Shown here: positions 27,605-37,337 of the stretch, piece by piece
Position numbering within the stretch: the first letter of the stretch is position 1
How the letters are laid out: every line of letters starts with the position of its first letter
Source of the DNA: an uncultured Verrucomicrobiae bacterium
GTDB lineage: Bacteria; Verrucomicrobiota; Verrucomicrobiia; Chthoniobacterales; JAFAMB01
NCBI GenBank assembly: GCA_963837955.1
Contig: CAWIPH010000002.1
Coordinates: forward strand, 3,936,001 to 4,000,000
Direction: 5' to 3'
Length of the DNA: 64,000 nucleotides
Made by a program: the position numbers and the translations under genes
Notes under the pieces: model-generated
Databases searched by the model: none
What the model saw: the letters and a program-made list of their open reading frames with translations, nothing else
Told to the model about the DNA's origin: nothing

Positions 27605-30415
27605 CTACCCGTTATCGGGCGGATTCTTCCGAAGATTTTTCCCGGTCCGCTCGGTCGGATACGCTGCCTCTCCTTTGAGACCGGTCCAAATGATGCGGTT
27701 ATAGGCCCCCGGATCGCTGATGTTATCTTCCTTCGTAAAATCAAACTGTTTGGTCTTTTCCGCCCAGTAAGCGGCGTCGTGAGTGGGGTGCAGCACAGCG
27801 CCTTGCTTCTTAGGAACAGGGAGTTGGGTATCCGCGAGATAACTCGATGGTTCAGCATGAAAGTTCCAATCCTTTTGATTCAGATCGAACACCTCCGTCA
27901 TCGGTCGCGCGGTGGCGGTGTGGAGATCGAGATGTTCTAATGCCAGCACATCCTCAATCGTCCGGATCAGGCTGACCGTAGTATAAAACTCCGACACCAC
28001 TTTGCCCTGCTTCACATACGGTCCAATGACGTAAGCAGTTGAACGATGGGCGTCGACGTGGTCTTCACCGGACTGAGCATCATCCTCGAGAACGAAAATA
28101 AGCGTGTCGGCTTTGTAGGGACTGTTAGCGACCTTCTCTACTAACTTTCCAACCGCATAGTCGTTATCGGCCTGCTGCCGTTCCGGCGTATTCACGCCGT
28201 CAATCGCAGTGCCAAACGACCCAGTGTGATCGGCACCCAATCGAACCAGGCTGAGCGACGGGAGTCTGCCGTTTTTCGCAAAGTCATCAAATTCCCGTTC
28301 CCATTCCGCTTCGCGCCAATAATCCGGAAAAGCTTGATCAAACCCGCGAAAGTAGACGTCGGTCGCGTCCGACAATTCCGCCTTCGTCGGATAAGCAACC
28401 ACTAAGTTCTTTTCGAACGGATGACGTTCTAACGGGATGCGGTCGGGAGGCGGAATCGAATAGCGAGTAATATCGAGGAAAAAACCGTAATTGCGCACCG
28501 TTTTGCCTCCGCGCAAGACAGCATCCCAGATGTAGCCCTGACCCGGGTTGTTGCCTCCTGGCCCATCCGGAGCAGCCACGTCGGCCGTGCCGGGCACCAG
28601 ATTGGGGTCTTCCGGCGTGATCGGATTAGCGGCAACCCGAGCAGCCAAGGAACTAAGACCTACGTTAATATTTCGGTTTGTCCCCTCGTAATCATAGGTC
28701 GTTCCGCGATCGGCGTAGTTTAGGCCGACCGATTTGACGCCAATATCGCTTTCCCGGGCAGCAGTACTCCATGGCCAACCGTTTGCGCTGACGTCGCCGG
28801 AATCATAGAAATTGTCGAGGCAGACAAATTGGCTGGCCATATGGTGAAAATTCGGAGTCATTGCGCTTCCGTATTCGGCCAGACTTGCGTCACCATTCCC
28901 GCGATCGAGATCCCCCAGAATTTGATCATAGGTTCGGTTTTCCTTAATGATGTATATGACGTGCCTGATTTTGCGCTTGAGCTGCGCCATCAACTGTTGG
29001 TCAGCCGGAGGCGGTTTGGCAGAAAGCAAATCGCCCTCCGCCGCCGCCCGAGTCAGATCGGAGAGCGCGTGCGCATCGGGCACCGGAACGGTCAACAATG
29101 ACGACTTCAAAAATTCTTCGACGTAATGGAATGGAAGTTGGCCCACTTGCTTCCCTCCGTTAGGTCCTGTTCGGCTTTTCCCGTTCAAAATATACAAACG
29201 TTGGCCATCTCCGCTGACGGAGATGGAATTCGGATAAAAGCCGGTTGGAATCAATCCGGCTACCTTCGGTTGCAGCGGCACTCCCTGAATCACCGCGATA
29301 GAGTTCATCCCCCCGTTCGTGACATACAAAACATGTTCATCGGGCGACAAAGCTAAACTATTTGGGCTGGCACCATGAAGATCCCAGAGGCCTTCCGTGA
29401 GGAGATCGTTTGTCGCCGCCGTCTTGATCGATTTGACGACTGCGTTTCGGGCGGTGTCGATGATGTCAAGGCTGTCACTGTTGTCCTCGGACGCGTACAA
29501 ATATTTGCCAGCTCGATCGATCAACAAACGGTTTGGATTCCCGGCTGTCTTAATGCGGGTGACCACATTCGGTTGATCGCCCAGATGAATCACTACGATC
29601 TCGCGATCTCGAATACTCGAAACATAAGCGGTATCGTTTCCTTTTAACGCTACCCAAAATGGATATTCGCCTCCTGGCGTACCAGCTACGCTTGTATCCA
29701 GTTTGCCGGGGCGCAAATCCAATTCCTTCGTTACGCGCTCACTCGCCAGATCGATGATCGAGACCGAATCGTTGCAGAGATTGACGACGACCAGGGTTTG
29801 CCCGTCAGGCGTAACGGCGATCCCGGCTGTCACCGGCGGATTTTGTCTCAGTCCAAGACCGTTACCCGCGGTGTGATCAAGCGCGATGGGTGAGCCGGTT
29901 TCACTCCAGGAACCGTCAGCCTGCAAGCTGAAGGAATGAATATTGTCATCCTTTCCACCCCCAACGTAAAACTTCTTCCCATTGGGATCGAAGGCGATTC
30001 CGGCAAATGTGTTCGGCACTTGCAGCACCTGTTTCTGAATCGGTTTACTGCCGGCGATGTTAAAAACGAAAATGTATTGACCGGAATCCGCATCAATTCG
30101 TTTCTTATCTTTTCCGCGCAAAACATTGTGTCCACTGGTTAGGACTAGCAAGGTTTGTTGATCTGGACTGATGACCGTTGTTATTCCGCCACTTGCGATA
30201 AACGTTGGAAAATCGGGGAGGCCCGGGTTTAGCCAATCAAGGTGCGCACCTGGCACCGCCAGCGGTGAGATAGTTTGCCCGGTCGGCAAAATTTCGGGTT
30301 GCGTACTTTGTTCCCGGTCATCGCCTTCGGCTAACACCGGGAAGATAACGGTATAGAAAAGAGCGCAACCGATCATCGCAGATGCAAAGGAGCAGCCTGG
30401 TACCTCGATCTTCAT
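27605..30415 (-). CDS. Secreted YncE-like beta-propeller / phosphoesterase (alkaline phosphatase superfamily) protein
   Basis: Signal peptide, propeller repeats, HVIYIIKENRTYDQ and EDDAQSGEDHVDAHRS motifs. Confidence 0.88.
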   Translation of the reverse strand: MKIEVPGCSFASAMIGCALFYTVIFPVLAEGDDREQSTQPEILPTGQTISPLAVPGAHLDWLNPGLPDFPTFIASGGITTVISPDQQTLLVLTSGHNVLRGKDKKRIDADSGQYIFVFNIAGSKPIQKQVLQVPNTFAGIAFDPNGKKFYVGGGKDDNIHSFSLQADGSWSETGSPIALDHTAGNGLGLRQNPPVTAGIAVTPDGQTLVVVNLCNDSVSIIDLASERVTKELDLRPGKLDTSVAGTPGGEYPFWVALKGNDTAYVSSIRDREIVVIHLGDQPNVVTRIKTAGNPNRLLIDRAGKYLYASEDNSDSLDIIDTARNAVVKSIKTAATNDLLTEGLWDLHGASPNSLALSPDEHVLYVTNGGMNSIAVIQGVPLQPKVAGLIPTGFYPNSISVSGDGQRLYILNGKSRTGPNGGKQVGQLPFHYVEEFLKSSLLTVPVPDAHALSDLTRAAAEGDLLSAKPPPADQQLMAQLKRKIRHVIYIIKENRTYDQILGDLDRGNGDASLAEYGSAMTPNFHHMASQFVCLDNFYDSGDVSANGWPWSTAARESDIGVKSVGLNYADRGTTYDYEGTNRNINVGLSSLAARVAANPITPEDPNLVPGTADVAAPDGPGGNNPGQGYIWDAVLRGGKTVRNYGFFLDITRYSIPPPDRIPLERHPFEKNLVVAYPTKAELSDATDVYFRGFDQAFPDYWREAEWEREFDDFAKNGRLPSLSLVRLGADHTGSFGTAIDGVNTPERQQADNDYAVGKLVEKVANSPYKADTLIFVLEDDAQSGEDHVDAHRSTAYVIGPYVKQGKVVSEFYTTVSLIRTIEDVLALEHLDLHTATARPMTEVFDLNQKDWNFHAEPSSYLADTQLPVPKKQGAVLHPTHDAAYWAEKTKQFDFTKEDNISDPGAYNRIIWTGLKGEAAYPTERTGKNLRKNPPDNG

Positions 30416-30489
30416 GGTCCTGTAGAGCTATCGAAAATAGGGAACCTGATGCAACGGGTTTCGATTCAAGCGCCGAAGATTTCGTTTTG

Positions 30490-30610
30490 TCTTGATCAGT
30501 TCCCGGAAGAAGGAAGAGGACTCAACCCGGGGTTTTAACCCTGTGCGGGAGGGATCGCGTCCTCGCGATCCGCGGCGCACGAGGACGTGCGCCCTCCCCC
30601 CTCCGGGGCA
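30490..30610. repeat. REP-like element, family A (single arm)
   Basis: Reverse copy of the family A core at about 30545-30600, next to CCCGGGGTTTTAACCC. Confidence 0.75.
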
Positions 30611-30774
30611 GAAAACCGGACATCGTCCTTATGTTAACCCGCATGGGCTCCCGTCGGACCGAATCAGACCAAGACGGGGTGTTGTCCAACCGATCGAATA
30701 GCGCGTCCAGAAAGCCAGCAAGATTTCGCGGCCCAGCGGAAGCCGATCCTGGGAATGCTAGGCGGCAGATCCGT

Positions 30775-31398
30775 CTAGTTTTTCGACTGCGCCTTCTCTT
30801 TCTCTAGCAGTTTCTCAAATTTCTCAACTTTCGGCGCCACAACCAATCGGCAGTAGCCTTGGGTTGGGTTCTTCGAGAAATAATCCTGGTGATAATCTTC
30901 GGCTGCGTAGAAATGGGTTAAAGGAACGATTTCCGTAACGATCGGCTTTGGCCAATCCGATTGGACCTCCGCTTTGATCTTCTCAGCGGCTGTCTTCTGC
31001 GCGTCGCTGGTATACAATATGATTGATCGATACTGCGTACCAACGTCCGGTCCCTGACGATTCAACGTCGTTGGGTCGTGCGCCTTAAAGAAATTTCTGA
31101 GCAAATCTTCGTAGCTGACTTTGGTGGGATCGAATTCGACTTGGATCACTTCCGCGTGGCCGGTTGTATCGGTGCAAACTTGTTCGTAGGTGGGATTCGG
31201 CGTCTTCCCACCGGCATACCCAGAGGTGACGTTCTTGACACCCGGCAAGAGCTTGAATTGGGCATCTAGACACCAAAAGCAGCCTCCTCCCAAAACCGCG
31301 GTTTCCGTTTGACCTTGAGCTTGGTTCATATCCGCTAACGATGTGACCGCCCAGCCGCCGAAGCAAGCAACCACGAGAAATCTCAGCAGCGTGTGCAT
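30775..31398 (-). CDS. msrA: Peptide-methionine (S)-S-oxide reductase, with signal peptide
   Basis: GGGCFWC, GYAGG, GHAEV and AEDYHQDY motifs. Confidence 0.95.
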   Translation of the reverse strand: MHTLLRFLVVACFGGWAVTSLADMNQAQGQTETAVLGGGCFWCLDAQFKLLPGVKNVTSGYAGGKTPNPTYEQVCTDTTGHAEVIQVEFDPTKVSYEDLLRNFFKAHDPTTLNRQGPDVGTQYRSIILYTSDAQKTAAEKIKAEVQSDWPKPIVTEIVPLTHFYAAEDYHQDYFSKNPTQGYCRLVVAPKVEKFEKLLEKEKAQSKN

Positions 31399-31404
31399 AT
31401 CCGG

Positions 31405-31914
31405 TTACTTGAAGAGCTTGAGATATTCGCCGTATCCTTCGGCTTCCATTTTATCCACCGGGACAAATCGGAGAGCGGCCGAGTTCATGCAATAACGTAG
31501 GCCGGTCGGTTGGGGACCGTCATCGAACACGTGCCCTAAATGCGCTTTGCTCGCTTCCGAGACAACTTCATCGCGAACCATGCCGTGAGAGGCATCTCCT
31601 TTTGTCTCCACAGCCCCATCTTTAATCGGCTTGGTGAAACTGGGCCAGCCGGTACCAGAATCAAACTTGTCTTTGGAGCTGAATAGCGGAACACCAGTAA
31701 TGAGATCCACGTAGATGCCATCGGCGTGATTGTTCCAGTAAGCATTGTGAAAGGCAGGCTCCGTTCCACATTGCTGCGTCACGTAATACTGCTCAGGAGT
31801 AAGCTTTTTCTTGAGTACTTCTTCGGAGGGTTTTGACATATCTGTCGAAGTTTGGCTCCAGACCGTTGCGGGAGCAATTGCTGCGATTGCAAAGAATAGA
31901 ACCGATATTCTCAT
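31405..31914 (-). CDS. msrB: Peptide-methionine (R)-S-oxide reductase, with signal peptide
   Basis: [27 protein letters not shown] and RYCMNSAAL motifs. Confidence 0.95.
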   Translation of the reverse strand: MRISVLFFAIAAIAPATVWSQTSTDMSKPSEEVLKKKLTPEQYYVTQQCGTEPAFHNAYWNNHADGIYVDLITGVPLFSSKDKFDSGTGWPSFTKPIKDGAVETKGDASHGMVRDEVVSEASKAHLGHVFDDGPQPTGLRYCMNSAALRFVPVDKMEAEGYGEYLKLFK

Positions 31915-31996
31915 ATTACGCTCTTCTAATATAAGGAGCGCGTGATTCGGTTCTTATTCCAGACGTTGTTCCTAATCTATTTGCGCGGTCGGGGAT

Positions 31997-32060
31997 CGCT
32001 GATCGGTAATCGGTAATCGGTAATCAGTAATCAGTAGTCGATGATCGGTGATCAGTCATC
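31997..32060. repeat. Degenerate heptamer tandem repeat (CGGTAAT/CAGTAAT)
   Basis: ...CGGTAAT CGGTAAT CGGTAAT CAGTAAT CAGTAGT CGATGAT CGGTGAT CAGTCAT... Confidence 0.8.
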
Positions 32061-32077
32061 AGGCATCGCGTCAGGAG

Positions 32078-32790
32078 TCGGATACGCCGAGTACGCCGAC
32101 CTGTCCGACGAAGCCCTTCTGTGACGTCGAATCATAGCTAATGGTTGGCGAAGTCGGAAGGCGTTAAAGGACTCAGCCCGGGGTGGAGGCTTTGCGCAAC
32201 CCCGGGTAGCCCCAAAAAATGCGTCCGCTCTGAAAGAGCGCAAGAGGTTTTCTAAGGAGCATGGTTACGGCAGGAACAATCCGTAGAAGCCGACGCTGAG
32301 TAAAGGGATATAGAAGGAGCGTTTCATGTCCTCGATGGAGCCGGTAATGAGCGCCGTTCTGCGAGGGGATTTCTGGCGCTCTTTCAGAGCGGACGCGGTT
32401 TTTTGTACTACCCGGGGTTGCGCAAAGCCTCCACCCCGGGCTGAGTCCTCTAACGCCTTCGGCGTACCGGCGTATCCGACTTCTGGCGTCGGCTTCCCGC
32501 TCACTGCTTGCTGCTTCCCGTTTTTTTGGGGCTACCCCGGGGTTGCGCAAAGCCTCCACCCCGGGCTGAGTCCTCTAACGCCTTCGGCGTATCTGGCGTA
32601 TCCGACTTCTGACATCGGCCTCCCGCTCACTGCTTGCTGCTTCCCGTTTTTTGAGGCTACCCGGGGTTACGCAAAGCCCCCACCCCGGGCTGAGTCCTTT
32701 AACGCCTTCCGACTTCGCCAACCATTAGCTATGATTCGACGTCACAGAAGGGCTTCGTCGGACAGGTCGGCGTACCGGCGTATCCGCCTT
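32078..32790. repeat. Composite REPIN/MITE-like element, family B, with extra tandem arms
   Basis: Arm GAAGGCGTTAAAGGACTCAGCCCGGGGTGGAGGCTTTGCGCAACCCCGGGTAG occurs once forward and three times reverse. Confidence 0.85.
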
Positions 32791-32863
32791 CTGGCGTCGG
32801 CTTCCCGCTCCCCGTTCATCGCTTCCCGCTCACCGCTTATTGCTTACCACTTCCGGGGCGTTC

Positions 32864-34300
32864 TCAAACGCGGCGGATGCCGAGACCCGTGCGACGAAGA
32901 ATGCTTGGGATAGTTCGAGCGGCGCGGCGATCCTTCTCTTTCTCTTCTTCCGGCAAATCGTCATAAGGAATCATCATGGGATGCCGTTTCAATTCATTGT
33001 CCCGAATTTTGCCGAATGTCCATCCGGCGAGTTGGCGGTCGATCAACCACCTGGCATGCTCCAAGCGGGCCAGGCTCTCAATCTCTTGACTTCCAAAGGC
33101 AGGGGGCAACGATTCCCCGGCATTCGCCGGAAGAGACTCAACTTGGTATCCAAGCAGACTAAGTTTGTAGGTTATATGGTCCGCCTGCTCGACATTGGCG
33201 CGTCGTAGATCCTCCCCCAGCTCCTCCCAGGGCCGCAAACTGGGATGATCGACGCCGAGACGGCCCCGAGCGGCCATGGCATCGCAGTAATCCGCGTGCA
33301 GCGTTTTCGGCAGTCCGAACCGCCCGATTTCCAAAAAGCGGGCGAGGCTCATCGAGCGCGACCAACTGCCGAACGATCGAATAAGATTCAGACCCTGGAT
33401 CGCTTCGAATTCGGATTTCATGAACCCGGCAATCTCTTCGGCGTATGGATCGAATATGTATACCCGGTAGAATTTGCTCAATTCGAAAGATTCAGAGCCG
33501 GCCAGCAAGGTCTCAAAATTATGGGAACGATTGCTGACCACCAGAATCAGAGCTGCTTCGGGGAGAAAACGCAGTGTCAAAGGCAGCGTTCCGGTTGGAC
33601 TCGCACTGTGAAATCTTAGGGCGCGGCTTTGTTCGAACCTTGAGTAATCATTTCTGATCCGACCTAAGACCTCTTCCGGTAAGATCCAGTCAACGCTGAT
33701 CTTGGAATTCTCCAATCCGCCCCCTAACCTAGCTAGCTTTTGGGCGATCGCTTCCGCGACTGCCCCGGCTCCCTGCACTATAAATTGGCTCGCGGGAAAC
33801 CCCTCCATGCCACCGGCATTCTTGCCAAAATGCTCGAAAACCAAATCGCTGGCCGCATCCTCGGCCGTCGAAAATAACTGCAGACGGAGCCTCGAGTCTG
33901 CGGGAAACACCAACACATTCTGCCGCACGGCGATTGCCGCGCTTCGATTCGGAAGAAATGCAAAGACGCGCAGCGGAGTGCCGGCCTGTGCGAAATCGTA
34001 AGTCTGCAACGCCGCGTTCAACATCCGAAACAACTCCGACAAATCAGATGGAAAAAGGATGAGATGGCTCGCTTGCGAGGCACCCGCGCGCTGCAAAAGG
34101 CCAGGCAACGAGACCTGGCCGGCGAAGATCTCTACCCCGCCTTCTTCGGCCACTGATGCCGCTGGCGAAGCAACCCGAGTGACCAGTCTGACCGTAATTC
34201 GAGAACGGCTTATTTGCACTGCGGCCGCCCCAGCCGCTTGGGAGTGGCCGGCCACGACAAATCGCAAATCTTTGCCAAATCCGGATTTTGGAGGACTCAT
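32864..34300 (-). CDS. RyR-domain-containing protein
   Basis: C-terminal PWEELGEDLRRAN...LARLEHARW...GWTFG..RDNELKRHPMMIPYDDLPEEEKEKDR. Confidence 0.8.
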   Translation of the reverse strand: MSPPKSGFGKDLRFVVAGHSQAAGAAAVQISRSRITVRLVTRVASPAASVAEEGGVEIFAGQVSLPGLLQRAGASQASHLILFPSDLSELFRMLNAALQTYDFAQAGTPLRVFAFLPNRSAAIAVRQNVLVFPADSRLRLQLFSTAEDAASDLVFEHFGKNAGGMEGFPASQFIVQGAGAVAEAIAQKLARLGGGLENSKISVDWILPEEVLGRIRNDYSRFEQSRALRFHSASPTGTLPLTLRFLPEAALILVVSNRSHNFETLLAGSESFELSKFYRVYIFDPYAEEIAGFMKSEFEAIQGLNLIRSFGSWSRSMSLARFLEIGRFGLPKTLHADYCDAMAARGRLGVDHPSLRPWEELGEDLRRANVEQADHITYKLSLLGYQVESLPANAGESLPPAFGSQEIESLARLEHARWLIDRQLAGWTFGKIRDNELKRHPMMIPYDDLPEEEKEKDRRAARTIPSILRRTGLGIRRV

Positions 34301-34491
34301 CTAGCTGGAAGCCAAAGGTTATCAGGCGCGGACCGAGGATACCAAGCGAAAGCGAGGTTGGCTTCGAGGTTCTCGATTCATCAGCACGGCCTATTGGCTT
34401 TGCCTCGTCGGTTCGATTCGGAGGTAAGAAAATGAGGCGTCGCGTTTTCATCGCTGTCGCGGCGATAGTCGTATTGGCTGCTGCCGGCCGA

Positions 34492-34615
34492 CGGAGGGCG
34501 AGCCGCTTGCGGCTCCCGGGAATTATCCGCGATCGAACAATACCCCGGACCTTTGGCTCGGATTCCTCAGGGTGCGTTGGATTGTTCCCGGGCGCCGCAA
34601 GCGGCGCCCCTCCGG
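34492..34615. repeat. REP-like inverted pair, family D
   Basis: GGAGGGCGAGCCGCTTGCGGCTCCCGGGAA ... TTCCCGGGCGCCGCAAGCGGCGCCCCTCC; related to the 39283-39845 copies. Confidence 0.6.
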
Positions 34616-34666
34616 GCGCTTTTGGAGTCGCTCGATTCTTACATACTAGCTGTGCTAACTTTCACT

Positions 34667-35863
34667 ATGTCTCAAGAAGGATTGCCAAGCAGCGTCCTGT
34701 ACGCAATCTCGGCTCGAATTGGCGGCATCGGCTTGGATCTGGTGGCGCTGGAAACCATTCGAGGCATCCAACCCTACCTCGGCAAAGCACTATCCTTCGG
34801 CGTTCGCGATCCGGAGATTGATCGGCGAAAAATGAAGACGCTGCGATTTCATCCAGTACGACTCTTTTCGAACCTGGAGAGCAAGTACTACTACGCAGCG
34901 AAGAAGCGGGCGATCGATCGCGTGGCTGCCCAATTTCTCAGGACGGGCCGCTTTGATCTTTTTCACGTCTGGTCGGGCGAGGCATTAAGCGGCCTGCGAG
35001 TGGCCAAAACGCTCGGAATTCCGTCACTGTTGGAAATTCCAACCTGGCATCGCCAAAAAGGGAAAGTGCTTCCGCCAAAAACGGAGCAGGAAATCGCGAT
35101 GGAAAATGCCCCTATTCCGCAGCGCTGGCTTAATAGCCTGCTGATTAGCCGGCAACGGAGCCTGGAAGAGTACGAATTGGCGGATTTGATTTTGGTCGAG
35201 TCAGAGAAAGCAGCCGACACTTTTCGCGTGCTGGGTTATCCGAACGAAAAACTCTTTAGCATGCCGCAAGGAGTGGACGCGAACCGATTTCAGCCGGGTC
35301 CAACGCCCCCGGTTTTTCGCGCGGTATTCGTCGGTGCTCTGATCAAGCGAAAGGGCGTACATACTTTAGTCGAGGCATGGAAAAAGCTAAAATTACCAAA
35401 CGCGGAACTCTGGCTCGCTGGCCATCCGCATGAAGAAATTAAGCCCTATCTGAACGACCTGCCGGGCAATGTAAAGGTACTTGGATTTGCCAAGGAGGTA
35501 GAGAATGTGTATCGAGCAGGTTCCGTTCATGTTTTTCCCTCCTCCCTGGAGGGGAGCGCCAAAACAACGTACGAAGCGGCGGCGTGTGGCCTGGCGCAGA
35601 TCACGACCCGGGAAGCCGGAGACGTGGTAGTGGACGGCCTCAACGGATTGATTATCCCACCGGACGACGTCCGCGCTCTGGCGCGTGCCATTCAGTTTTT
35701 ATACGACCGTCCGGATCTGGTTCGCAGCTATGGCGCCGCAGGACGTGCGCGGGTGGTGCAACACTTCACTTGGGATCATTTCCGGGAGCGAGTACTTGAC
35801 GCCTACCGATTGGCCATGGCTCGGGCGTCAGCGCAAAAAAATCAGAATCTAGCTAGATCCTAG
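34667..35863 (+). CDS. Glycosyltransferase family 4
   Basis: FVGALIKRKG and VFPSSLEGSAKTTYEAAACG motifs. Confidence 0.9.
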   Translation: MSQEGLPSSVLYAISARIGGIGLDLVALETIRGIQPYLGKALSFGVRDPEIDRRKMKTLRFHPVRLFSNLESKYYYAAKKRAIDRVAAQFLRTGRFDLFHVWSGEALSGLRVAKTLGIPSLLEIPTWHRQKGKVLPPKTEQEIAMENAPIPQRWLNSLLISRQRSLEEYELADLILVESEKAADTFRVLGYPNEKLFSMPQGVDANRFQPGPTPPVFRAVFVGALIKRKGVHTLVEAWKKLKLPNAELWLAGHPHEEIKPYLNDLPGNVKVLGFAKEVENVYRAGSVHVFPSSLEGSAKTTYEAAACGLAQITTREAGDVVVDGLNGLIIPPDDVRALARAIQFLYDRPDLVRSYGAAGRARVVQHFTWDHFRERVLDAYRLAMARASAQKNQNLARS

Positions 35864-36100
35864 ATTCGGCATTTTATGCTCTCAATTCACGTGTTTCCGG
35901 ATGAACGGAGTTGATCGAGTCCTCGATTGGCCGGCTTGTTGGCATAACCCGTTGCAGCGAGAGGGGCTACGGCGGAAGGATTGGCTCTCTTAGAGCGGGA
36001 AGCTTGCCCCCGGGCCTCCGCCCACTGGTTTCGGCCCCCCTTTTCGCTTGAAAATCGAAAAGAGCTGTTGGATTGATCCGCTCGCATCTCGCCGGCTTCT

Positions 36101-36796
36101 ATGAACTTGAGTCGTAAATTTCAGAAACTCACTACCGGCGAGGCTTGGGCGAGCAGCATAGATCGGTTCTACCGTTGGCGAAATCCCTTAAGGATCGACG
36201 AGCTTTTGCGAGGTATCGACCGGAATAAACTCAATGCTCTTTGCCAGAAGTATCACGTGCCGGGCGAAGTCAAGGCGTGGCCGAAATACACGAATTTCGA
36301 AGAGTGGATCGAGAATGCGGTCGACCATGTACGTTCGCTTCGGCTCGATCGGGACCCGAAACTGAAGATCCTCGATATCGGAAGCGGGGCTGGCTATTTT
36401 CTTTTTGTTCTTAAACGGCTTGGACATGAGGTGTTCGGGCTCGATCTCGATGACCCGCCATTCTACGGCGAAATGTTCGAGTTGCTCGGTCTGCAACGAC
36501 TCATTTGGCGAATCAAGCAATTCGAGCCACTACCGGACGTCGGCCGTAAGTTCGATCTCATCACCGCCTTTGCCATCTGTTTCAACGGCCACGGAGAAGA
36601 AAAGGTTTGGGGTCCGAAGGAGTGGGAATTCTTCCTAGGTGACCTCAACCACCGTTTTCTGAATCCAGGCGGCCGCGTTTGCCTTGCACTAAACCCGGAA
36701 CCGTATGGACGCTACACTCCCGAACTGAAAGATTTCTTTCAAAGCAAAGGTGGGGAATTCGAACGAAGTCGTGTTTGGTTGCGAAGGCCGCAGTGA
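36101..36796 (+). CDS. Class I SAM-dependent methyltransferase
   Basis: ILDIGSGAG motif I, FDLIT and LNPGG motifs. Confidence 0.85.
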   Translation: MNLSRKFQKLTTGEAWASSIDRFYRWRNPLRIDELLRGIDRNKLNALCQKYHVPGEVKAWPKYTNFEEWIENAVDHVRSLRLDRDPKLKILDIGSGAGYFLFVLKRLGHEVFGLDLDDPPFYGEMFELLGLQRLIWRIKQFEPLPDVGRKFDLITAFAICFNGHGEEKVWGPKEWEFFLGDLNHRFLNPGGRVCLALNPEPYGRYTPELKDFFQSKGGEFERSRVWLRRPQ

Positions 36797-36922
36797 CACG
36801 AGACCCTCAAACTAAGGCCGATGTCTGGTTCTTTGCCCGGGAGGCTATGCCCGGACGCGGAATCGGGCTATCATCGCGCCCTACCGATCTAGGGCAGTGA
36901 TTAGTAAGCGGGAAGCCGATGC

Positions 36923-37323
36923 CAGGGGTCGGATACGCCAGGTACGCCGAAGGCGTTAAAGGACTCAGCCCGGGGTGGAGGCTTTGCGCAACCCCGGGTA
37001 GCCCCCAAAAATGTGTCCGCTCTGAAAGAGCGCAAGAAGTCTTCCGGCAGAACGGCGGTCATTGCCGCTCATCGAGGACATGAACCCCTTGGGAAGCCGT
37101 TTCGCCCCCCCTTGATCCGAGCGCGATGGAATACCTGCTCTAGATACTCTTTACTCAGGGTCAGCTTCTACGGATTGTTAGTACCGTAACCAAACTCCAT
37201 AGAAGACTTCTTGCGCTCTTTCAGAGCGGACACATTTTTGGGGGCTACCCGGGGTTGCGCAAAGCCTCCACCCCGGGCTGAGTCCTTTAACGCCTTCGGC
37301 GTACCTGGCGTATCCGACCCCTG
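36923..37323. repeat. REPIN/MITE-like element, family B: about 122-bp inverted arms around a conserved spacer
   Basis: 36923-37044 is the reverse complement of 37202-37323. Confidence 0.92.
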
Positions 37324-37337
37324 ACGCGATGACCAAT

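Noticed and set aside
32078..32790. Possible CRISPR array (recurring long repeats)
   Set aside because: Repeats are long, in mixed orientation and irregularly spaced, lack unique equal-length spacers, and have no cas genes nearby; they fit REPIN/MITE arms.
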